Of a stretch of DNA of 64,000 nucleotides, positions 37,951 through 45,402 are shown piece after piece. Numbering within the stretch: position 1 is the stretch's first letter; each line of letters begins with the position of its first letter. This DNA comes from Gammaproteobacteria bacterium. Lineage in GTDB: Bacteria > Pseudomonadota > Gammaproteobacteria > SZUA-140. The stretch covers positions 11,444 through 75,443 of the forward strand of contig WFVD01000029.1 of NCBI GenBank assembly GCA_015491865.1, in the 5' to 3' direction. The notes under the pieces are model-generated. The model saw only the letters and a list, made by a program, of their open reading frames with translations. It was not told where the DNA came from and ran no database searches. A program made the translations under genes and the position numbers.

Positions 37951-39147
37951 GTGAAAGGATTATATAAAGTGGAACTATCAGCCCGAGTACAGCGAGTCAA
38001 ACCCTCCCCGACATTAGCGATCACCGCACGCGCCGCCCAGCTAAAGGCAGAAGGCAAAAACATTATCGGTTTCGGAGCCGGTGAACCCGACTTTGATACC
38101 CCCGACCATATCAAGGCCGCCGCGATTGGGGCGATTAACGCCGGCTTTACCAAATACACCGCGGTGAATGGCACTCTGGAACTGAGAAAGGCTGTCGCTG
38201 CCAAGTTTTTGCGCGACAACCAGCTCGAGTACAGCCCGGATCAAATCCTCGTTTCCGTGGGCGGCAAACAGAGCTTCTACAATCTGGCGCAAGCGCTACT
38301 AAACCCTGGCGATGAGGTGATCATCCCCGCCCCTTACTGGGTCTCCTATCCAGACATGGTGCTGCTGGCTGGTGGCGCGCCGATCATTGTCGGGAGCGAC
38401 CTGGCGCAAGGCTTTAAAATTACGCCAGCACAACTGGAAGCAGCGATCACCCCCAGAACCCGGTTGATGGTGATCAACAGCCCCTCCAATCCAACCGGCG
38501 CGGCCTATAGCCGTGCCGAACTGGCAGCGCTTGGTGAGGTACTGCGCAAGCACCCACGGGTGGTCGTGGCGAGTGATGATATCTACGAACATATCGGCTG
38601 GTCGGATGGGCCTTTTCACAACATCCTCACCGTCAACCCCGATCTCTATGAGCGCACGATCGTCCTAAATGGTGTCTCCAAGGCCTACTCAATGACTGGC
38701 TGGCGGATCGGCTATGCAGGCGGGCCGCTCGCACTGATCAATGCGATGAAAAAGATTCAGTCGCAGAGCACCTCCAATCCCACCTCGATCTCACAGGTTG
38801 CCGCGCAAGCTGCACTCGAAGGTGATCAATCATTCATCACACAGATGAATGTCCAGTTTAAAAAGCGGCATGATTTCGTGGTCGATGCCCTCAACCAGAT
38901 CGACGGTATTGAATGCCTCGCCTCTGACGGCGCTTTTTACGCATTTCCCAAAATGGAAGCGGCCTATTCAAAACTGGATGGCATCGACAACGATGTGGAC
39001 TTTGGTGAGTACCTGATCAATGAGGCAGGTGTTGCACTCGTTCCCGGCTCGGCGTTTGGCGCGCCCGGTTATATGCGCCTCTCATTTGCCACCAGCATGG
39101 AAAACCTTAAAGAAGGGCTGACCCGTATCGAGAATGCACTAAAATAG
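37951..39147 (+). CDS. Aspartate / aromatic amino-acid aminotransferase (PLP fold type I, class Ib).
   Basis: ..LSARVQRVKPSPTLAITARAAQLKAEGKNIIGFGAGEPDFDTP.., with an NPTG...SKAYSMTGWRIGY PLP-lysine region. The start may be the GTG at 37969 (MELSARVQ), which is preceded by AGGA. Confidence 0.85.
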   Translation: MKGLYKVELSARVQRVKPSPTLAITARAAQLKAEGKNIIGFGAGEPDFDTPDHIKAAAIGAINAGFTKYTAVNGTLELRKAVAAKFLRDNQLEYSPDQILVSVGGKQSFYNLAQALLNPGDEVIIPAPYWVSYPDMVLLAGGAPIIVGSDLAQGFKITPAQLEAAITPRTRLMVINSPSNPTGAAYSRAELAALGEVLRKHPRVVVASDDIYEHIGWSDGPFHNILTVNPDLYERTIVLNGVSKAYSMTGWRIGYAGGPLALINAMKKIQSQSTSNPTSISQVAAQAALEGDQSFITQMNVQFKKRHDFVVDALNQIDGIECLASDGAFYAFPKMEAAYSKLDGIDNDVDFGEYLINEAGVALVPGSAFGAPGYMRLSFATSMENLKEGLTRIENALK

Positions 39148-39235
39148 CCCCTTCATCGCACTGAGCAGAGTCCCCCGCTCTATACGATGAAGATAACTCT
39201 GAATCAGATCCGTTTTTCACAACTGCAAGGATGCA

Positions 39236-39805
39236 ATGGTGATAACAGAGAGACACTGCCCGCGCCTGCGCAAGCGGCCACCCTGCGAGAACGGCTTCAC
39301 GCTGATAGAGTTAATGCTCGTGCTGGCGATCATCGCGATCACATTCCGCTTCACTCTCCCCACCTTCCAGGAGATCATCGCGGACACCCGTATGACGACC
39401 CAGCTAAACACGCTGGTTACCAGTTTCAACCTCGCCCGCAGTGAAGCTGTCAAACGAAAAAAGAATGTTGTGCTATGCCCCAATGATAGCGGTCGCTGCG
39501 CCAGACTGCCTCACTGGCATAACGGCTGGTTAATGTTTGTTGATGATAATTATGACCGCGAGCTGGATGATAAAGAAGAGATCATCTATATCGAGGCCGC
39601 CAGAGAAAATATCGAGATCATCTCCAGCCGTTATCGACGCAGAGTGGTCTTTAATGCGATGGGAACCGCTGCCGGCAGTAATGCAAGCTATGTTTTCTGC
39701 GATCAGCGGGGCCCCTCAAAGGCGCGGGCGGTGATTCTCTCAAATGGAGGGCGGGCACGTACCGCAGCGCTGAGGTCGGATGGGAAGGCGTGGAAATGCA
39801 GCTAA
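39236..39805 (+). CDS. Type IV pilus minor pilin / pseudopilin (FimT/GspH family) with a prepilin-type N-terminal methylation motif.
   Basis: G|FTLIELMLVLAIIAI is a class III signal (cleavage/methylation) motif, followed by a ~150-aa FimT-like domain. It is an orphan gene; no other pil/gsp genes are adjacent. Confidence 0.65.
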   Translation: MVITERHCPRLRKRPPCENGFTLIELMLVLAIIAITFRFTLPTFQEIIADTRMTTQLNTLVTSFNLARSEAVKRKKNVVLCPNDSGRCARLPHWHNGWLMFVDDNYDRELDDKEEIIYIEAARENIEIISSRYRRRVVFNAMGTAAGSNASYVFCDQRGPSKARAVILSNGGRARTAALRSDGKAWKCS

Positions 39806-39839
39806 CTCGCTGACGCGACAAAAATGGGCGAACAATGTA

Positions 39840-41060
39840 CTAGTCCGACCGGCCGACCTCATCAGCCCAGGCAATCGCTTCACAATAGAGTCCGGGAACA
39901 CGCGCCTCATCGATCCCTAACAGCTCGACCATTTCAGAGACCTGCTGCCACTCCGCCTGCTGATAGGCGATGATCAGCTTCAGTATGTTTGCAGCCGGAG
40001 TGCCGCCATCGATCAACGCCTCCTTCACCTCATCAGAAATATTGATTTCATCCAGGATCTCTTCAATCGGACGATCAACCAGCGCATCGACAACCGACAA
40101 CATGCCGATAAAAAACAGATCTAGCTCCTTGCCTTTCATCGAGACATCCGCAGCGATCAACTCACAAAATGAGGCCCGTACCAGTGAGGTCGTTAGCAGT
40201 TCCGGCGGCTTATCCTCTGCAATACTGGAAAATGCAGCAAGAGCAGCCCATTTTCTGAGTGGGCGCTCACCCAGCATCACTAGCGCCTGCCTGATCGATT
40301 CAACCTTCTTGCGCCAGCCGAAGGAGACCGAATTAATATAGCGTAGTAACTTATATGACAGCGCTATATCATGTTTAATGATTCTTTCCATACTGGAAAA
40401 ATCAAGATCAGGCTGGTTGAGCTCCTGTAGAAAGCGGAGATAATTGAGCTTAAACCCCGGTATATCCTTGCGCGAAACCACCTCTGGTTTACAAAAGAAA
40501 TAGCCCTGGAAATAGGAAAAACCAAGCGCTAATGCCTCCTGATACTCGGCATGGCTCTCAACCTTCTCTGCCAGCATCAAAAATGGCTTATCTGCAAAGC
40601 GCTGACACAGCGCAGTACGCTCTTCCTTTGATGAGACAATAAAATCGATCTTCACAATATCTGCCAGTGCCAGCAGTGGTTCAAATCTCGCCTCATAGAC
40701 AAAATCATCCAGCACGACTCGGTAACCATCCTTTTTCAGCTTCTGACAGGCTGCAATCACCGCTTCATCTGGTTCAACGGTCTCCAGCACCTCAACCGCC
40801 ACCTGCTCTCTGGGGATTACCGTTATCCACTCATTCAGTAACACGGTACGCGTCAGGTTGATGAACGCGGTCTTACCGCCAGTCAGGCTATCGAGTCCAA
40901 AACCAAACATGCTGTCATTAATGACGGCAGAGGATGCTTCATCGCCATTGTGATGATTAAAATAGTTATCCAGACTGGAGCGATAAAGCAATTCGTAGGC
41001 GTAGACCTGCCCACTACGGTCAAAGATTGGCTGCCGCGCTACATAAATTTCTCCAGACAC
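39840..41060 (-). CDS. EAL-like domain + HDOD domain signalling protein; the EAL loop-6 motif is non-canonical.
   Basis: The N-terminal ~250 aa are EAL-like (QPIFDRSGQVYAYELLYR, EVLE, KIDF), but DDFVYEARF replaces the canonical DDFGTGYSS. The C-terminal ~150 aa are HDOD-like. Confidence 0.65.
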   Translation of the reverse strand: MSGEIYVARQPIFDRSGQVYAYELLYRSSLDNYFNHHNGDEASSAVINDSMFGFGLDSLTGGKTAFINLTRTVLLNEWITVIPREQVAVEVLETVEPDEAVIAACQKLKKDGYRVVLDDFVYEARFEPLLALADIVKIDFIVSSKEERTALCQRFADKPFLMLAEKVESHAEYQEALALGFSYFQGYFFCKPEVVSRKDIPGFKLNYLRFLQELNQPDLDFSSMERIIKHDIALSYKLLRYINSVSFGWRKKVESIRQALVMLGERPLRKWAALAAFSSIAEDKPPELLTTSLVRASFCELIAADVSMKGKELDLFFIGMLSVVDALVDRPIEEILDEINISDEVKEALIDGGTPAANILKLIIAYQQAEWQQVSEMVELLGIDEARVPGLYCEAIAWADEVGRSD

Positions 41061-41240
41061 ACCCCGTCCTATTGAGCACCAGATGCTCAGTCAGTAGCAA
41101 AAGATAGTTATCTATCGACCGGCACCATCTATTCGTGAGCCAATATACTTGCCGTCGCATTTAGTTTTTGCAACTAAACAGGAACGATTACTGGGAAAGC
41201 AGAAATTCCAGAGATTAAACAGTGGCACGACCCATCAGAA

Positions 41241-41714
41241 CTAAGCAGGCGCGCAAACTTCAACGTAGAATTCGCCGGCCTCGATGGTGAATGGTAATAT
41301 CAATGTCACCCCTTCTACGCTGTGTTGAATCGAATGCCCCTCACCCACCACAACCGACGGCAATGTGAGGTTAAAATCGTACCCGGCCTCCTGCAGATTG
41401 GCCTTGGCGCCACCCGCGACCATGTTGGCCATTTCACCCACCAGATCTTTAATAATGTCATCCACTTCTTTTAATTCCATGTGCATCATGCGACTGCCGA
41501 TATCGAGAATTGCCGCCTGAGTAAATGTCACCGCGACAGAGACCCGGGTATCACTGCTCGCAAGGTCGATGAAACCGCTGATGACACCACGTGATAGATT
41601 ATCTGGCTTAACCTCCGGTTTGCCCGGCTGAGCCTCAATCTGTGCCATCGTCTGCAGAATATTAACCACCGCGCTGAGTACAGGATTGATAAACTTTGCA
41701 TCCATATATGCCAC
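41241..41714 (-). CDS. cheX: Chemotaxis protein CheX-like (CheC/CheX/FliY family CheY-P phosphatase).
   Basis: The 157-aa protein shows CheX-family similarity (..ISGFIDL..VAVTF........MANMVAGG.K..L...G....L..P.V..G.). Confidence 0.6.
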   Translation of the reverse strand: MAYMDAKFINPVLSAVVNILQTMAQIEAQPGKPEVKPDNLSRGVISGFIDLASSDTRVSVAVTFTQAAILDIGSRMMHMELKEVDDIIKDLVGEMANMVAGGAKANLQEAGYDFNLTLPSVVVGEGHSIQHSVEGVTLILPFTIEAGEFYVEVCAPA

Positions 41715-41953
41715 CCATTCCTATTGCCATCAACATTATCCGACACATCACGGCCTGTTAATCGCCACTGGCAAGCGCATCGTTACGTCGGAACATCACC
41801 GTGATCCTGCAGGATCAACGTCAAAGCTACAATGACTATCGGCAACTAACAAAAGATCGCCAGCGCATGCCGCTTCAAAAGCGCCTCAGATTGTATTAAA
41901 ACAGATGTTCGATCAAGTTAATTTATATCAATAGTATTGCATCCAAGGAGTCA

Positions 41954-43714
41954 TCAGCCTGACGACTCCCTGCAGGACTCAATATATTCAACCACCAGCT
42001 GTAGCGTTCGCTCTCCTCTGTATTCATTTACATCGAGGCGATAGGCGGCGCGTAGCCGGTCACTCGCCACCTCGCCGTGATTAAATGCGATCGCATCGAT
42101 CATGTTACGGCTGCCTACCGGTTGCAACACCAGCTTCAAATGCTTTTCACCCACAATGCGCTGCTGCACTACATCAAAGAGACCATCAAAGAGCGGCTCT
42201 GGAAATGCCTGTCCCCAGGGGCCTGCGGCGCGCACTGCTTCAGCAAGTTCTAATGAAAACTCGTCGCCTTTGAGCTCACCATCACTCTGAATCACATCCT
42301 GCAAAATATCCTTATTAACACAACGCCGTAGTGCCTCATTAAAGGCGACTTCAAACGCATCAAGGTCTGTCGCCTTTATCGTCATACCTGCTGCCATTGC
42401 GTGACCACCAAACTTGCTCAACAATGCGGGGTGACGCGCCGCAATCGTATCGAGCAGGTCGCGCATATGCACCCCTTTAATTGAACGCGCTGAACCTTTA
42501 ATCTCTGCATCATCACTTTCAAGATCACCACCCGCCAGAGCAAAGGCAACCACCGGTCGGTGGTAACGCTCTTTGACCCGTGAAGCCACAATCCCAATCA
42601 CCCCCTGGTGCCAGCTTTTATCAAACAGACACAGCCCTACTGAGGCTTCTGTATCTTCGATATCCAGTTTGATATTGGTTAGGCATTCAAGCGCCTGCGT
42701 CTGCATCTCGCCCTCTATTTCTCGTCGCTCCCGGTTAAGTTCATCCAGACGTTCTGCCAGCAGCATCGCAGCAGCGGGATCATCCGCCAGAAGACATTCA
42801 ATACCGGGGGACATATCTTCGAGGCGACCCGCCGCATTTAGACGCGGCCCGATTGAAAAACCGAGATCCGATGCAACCAGGTTAGCAGGATGGCGTTTAG
42901 CCACATGCAGTAACGCACCGATTCCTGCACAGCAGGCACCGCGGCGGATTCGCGACAGCCCCTGCGATACGAGAATACGGTTATTGTGGTCAAGCGGCAC
43001 CACATCCGCCACGGTACCAAGTGCCACTATATCTAGCAGCGTTGCAAGATTGGGTTCATCAATCCCCGTCATCTTAAACCAGCCAGAGGTGCGAAGGTGT
43101 GCGCGCAGCGCCAGCATCACATAAAAGATCACGCCGACGCCTGCGAGGTTTTTACCAGGAAATTGATCACCTGGCTGGTTAGGATTGACGATAGCGTCTG
43201 CGTGCGGTAGTTCTGCACCTGGCAGATGGTGATCCGTCACCAGTACCTTTATGCCTGCCGCTTTTGCCGCCTTCACTCCATCAATGCTTGAGATGCCGTT
43301 ATCGACCGTCACAATCAAGTCTGGCGACTGCCGCCCTGCCAGCGCAACAATCTCTGGTGTGAGGCCATACCCATATTCAAAACGGTTAGGGACGAGGTAA
43401 CCCACCTTCTCCGCCCCCATCAAACGCAGCGCACGCATCGCCACTACGCAGCTGGTTGCACCATCGGCATCAAAATCGGCCACAATCAAGATACGCTGTT
43501 GTGCTACAAGCGCCTGCGCTAATAGATGAACCGCCTCATCAATGCCGCTCAGGGTTACAAACGGGTGCAGTTTTGCAAGTGAGTAATCCAGTGCATGGTG
43601 GCTGAGCACACCCCGAGCAGCGTATATCCGCTGTAAAATCGGCGGTAACTTCGCATCAAAATCGCTTGCATCGAGCGAGACATCTCGACGAATGATCTGT
43701 TTACTCGCTTTCAT
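41954..43714 (-). CDS. recJ: Single-stranded-DNA-specific 5'-3' exonuclease RecJ.
   Basis: Full-length collinear with E. coli RecJ (DHH motifs DFDADGATS, VTVDNG, DHH; DHHA1; C-terminal OB fold). ATG at 43714; the TTG at 43717 used by the ORF track is unlikely. Confidence 0.9.
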   Translation of the reverse strand: MKASKQIIRRDVSLDASDFDAKLPPILQRIYAARGVLSHHALDYSLAKLHPFVTLSGIDEAVHLLAQALVAQQRILIVADFDADGATSCVVAMRALRLMGAEKVGYLVPNRFEYGYGLTPEIVALAGRQSPDLIVTVDNGISSIDGVKAAKAAGIKVLVTDHHLPGAELPHADAIVNPNQPGDQFPGKNLAGVGVIFYVMLALRAHLRTSGWFKMTGIDEPNLATLLDIVALGTVADVVPLDHNNRILVSQGLSRIRRGACCAGIGALLHVAKRHPANLVASDLGFSIGPRLNAAGRLEDMSPGIECLLADDPAAAMLLAERLDELNRERREIEGEMQTQALECLTNIKLDIEDTEASVGLCLFDKSWHQGVIGIVASRVKERYHRPVVAFALAGGDLESDDAEIKGSARSIKGVHMRDLLDTIAARHPALLSKFGGHAMAAGMTIKATDLDAFEVAFNEALRRCVNKDILQDVIQSDGELKGDEFSLELAEAVRAAGPWGQAFPEPLFDGLFDVVQQRIVGEKHLKLVLQPVGSRNMIDAIAFNHGEVASDRLRAAYRLDVNEYRGERTLQLVVEYIESCRESSG

Positions 43715-43718
43715 CAAC

Positions 43719-43744
43719 GGAAAAACCCACTAAAAATTAGCGGG
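43719..43744 (-). terminator. Rho-independent terminator downstream of flgL: stem CCCGCUA / UAGUGGG, loop AUUUUU, then UUUUU.
   Basis: The minus-strand RNA reads ..ACCCGCUAAUUUUUAGUGGGUUUUUCC. The 7-bp stem includes one G:U pair and is followed by a 5-U tract. It ends only ~6 nt before the recJ ATG. Confidence 0.5.
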
Positions 43745-43834
43745 TGATTATATCGCTCCATCCACTGATTCTACAAACCTTTAACGCTGCTAAAAGTGGG
43801 TTATGCTATATAAACTAGCGATAACAGAAAACCA

Positions 43835-45400
43835 CTATAGATAGTTAAACAGCGACAACCCCTGAATACGCATATAGGACTGCTGCGCCGCTTCAAGTGC
43901 AACTTGCTGTTGATTAAGGCGTGTTATCGCTTCGGTATAGTCGAGATCCTGTAAATCTGAGATCGTTTCCTTGATTCGCAGTAAGTAACCTTCATTGAGG
44001 CTTTCCTGAGCATCAACGGCATTAAGGCGGGAGCCAATTTGTGCCCGCGCTGCGCGGAAATTATCCATCGCACGGTCAACATCGGAGAAAAATCGGTTAA
44101 TATCATTATTAAGCCGGGCTTGATCAGCAGGTGAACCAGTGCCGCCGTTTTCCAGTGCAACCACAAGGTTTCGAACCGTGGTAAAGACATCCTGGTTCAG
44201 GCTTGGGCTAATAGTGAAGCGGTCTCCCACATTCGGAGTGCCGATCACGTTGGTCTGAATGCCATTAAATGCGATGGAGCCACCACTGGTATAGTTACCC
44301 GATGCTTCACTGTTTCCCGTGCTATCTTCCACCAGATAGAAATCAGCAGCACTATTTAACGTCGAGGTAGCACTCGGCATAGTCGTGCCATTTAACGTTG
44401 CGCCAAAATAACCAGTCATACTATCCAGATCACCATCCGAAGCACCGCCCATGGTCTCAGTGATGGTGATAGGTGTCGCATCTGGTGAGGTGTTTGCGAG
44501 GTAGAGACTCCCCCCATCCACATACGCTCTGACCCCAGTTGCAGCGCTAGCATTATTTATTTCAGCCGCCAGTCCTGCCAATGTATTGACCGGAGAGGCA
44601 TCCGCTTCATCAGTGGTATAAACCGTGCTCCCGTTGATCTCCAGGGTATAATCAAGATTATCAGCAGTGGCTAGATTATCGCTAAACGTTGCTGTTCCTG
44701 TCGCACTGGTGGCTACAAAGAAAGTGATATTGTAACTATCGCCATCAATTAATGAGGGGTTGGTAACACTTCCAGGGTCTATCACGCCGCTGCCCGTGTT
44801 TGACTGATTATCAAAAGTTGTAAAGGTACCATTCCCGTTGCGGATTTCGCGAAAGGTCGAGGTTCCAGAGTCCGTCACCGCAATTTGGCGATTGTTCCCT
44901 ATTTGAATCAGGCGCTGTCCATCATCCCCATTGTAGGTATAAGGACCTGTTTCGGTTGCAGAAAAAGGCTGTGTATTTCCCTGATAACCAGCAAAAAGAT
45001 ACTCCCCCCCGGCATCCTGTGAATTGGCAAGCCCTAACAGTTCGTTCAGACGCTCTTTTACTTCAATTGCCAGTGTCGTGAGATCTTGATTAGTAATGGT
45101 GGGGTTGTTAGCCTGGACAGCTAATTCGCGTACGCGGTCAAGTGCGTTGGTCACACCTGAGATCACCTCTTCTTCTAGTTCAAGACGAGAACGGGAAAAA
45201 TTAATATTCTTCTGAAATTGCTCGGTCACTTTTAGCGTCTGATCAAGACCAACAATCCGCGCTGATGCCGTCGGGTCATCAGCAGGCGTCATAAGACGCT
45301 TACCAGTGGCGAGTTGCTGCTGTGTATTAAGCATCTGTGACTGCTGCTCCAGCATTCGATTCAGACCGCTTAACTGAATTTGCCCGGTTGATATACGCAT
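43835..45400 (-). CDS. flgL: Flagellar hook-associated protein 3 (hook-filament junction), enlarged by a ~150-200 aa variable insert.
   Basis: Flagellin-like N-terminal helix (MRISTGQIQLSGLNRMLEQQSQ...) and C-terminal helix (..LSLFNYL), in 521 aa. It is the last gene of the flgB-L operon. The central insert is shared with FlgK. Confidence 0.8.
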   Translation of the reverse strand: MRISTGQIQLSGLNRMLEQQSQMLNTQQQLATGKRLMTPADDPTASARIVGLDQTLKVTEQFQKNINFSRSRLELEEEVISGVTNALDRVRELAVQANNPTITNQDLTTLAIEVKERLNELLGLANSQDAGGEYLFAGYQGNTQPFSATETGPYTYNGDDGQRLIQIGNNRQIAVTDSGTSTFREIRNGNGTFTTFDNQSNTGSGVIDPGSVTNPSLIDGDSYNITFFVATSATGTATFSDNLATADNLDYTLEINGSTVYTTDEADASPVNTLAGLAAEINNASAATGVRAYVDGGSLYLANTSPDATPITITETMGGASDGDLDSMTGYFGATLNGTTMPSATSTLNSAADFYLVEDSTGNSEASGNYTSGGSIAFNGIQTNVIGTPNVGDRFTISPSLNQDVFTTVRNLVVALENGGTGSPADQARLNNDINRFFSDVDRAMDNFRAARAQIGSRLNAVDAQESLNEGYLLRIKETISDLQDLDYTEAITRLNQQQVALEAAQQSYMRIQGLSLFNYL

Positions 45401-45402
45401 TA

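Noticed and set aside
41715-41953. sigma28 promoter for cheX (GCCGATAG -10-like element) and sigma28/sigma54 promoters upstream of flgK (47710-47788)
   Set aside because: Upstream of cheX the -10 element matches 7/8, but no TAAA -35 lies at the required spacing. Upstream of flgK the TAAAATTT and TTAGCAtgcgtTAGC pieces do not combine into a consensus-spaced promoter. Both are too weak to report as features.
42573-43124. 183-aa plus-strand ORF inside recJ
   Set aside because: It is antisense to recJ with a Ser/Arg-rich, low-complexity composition.
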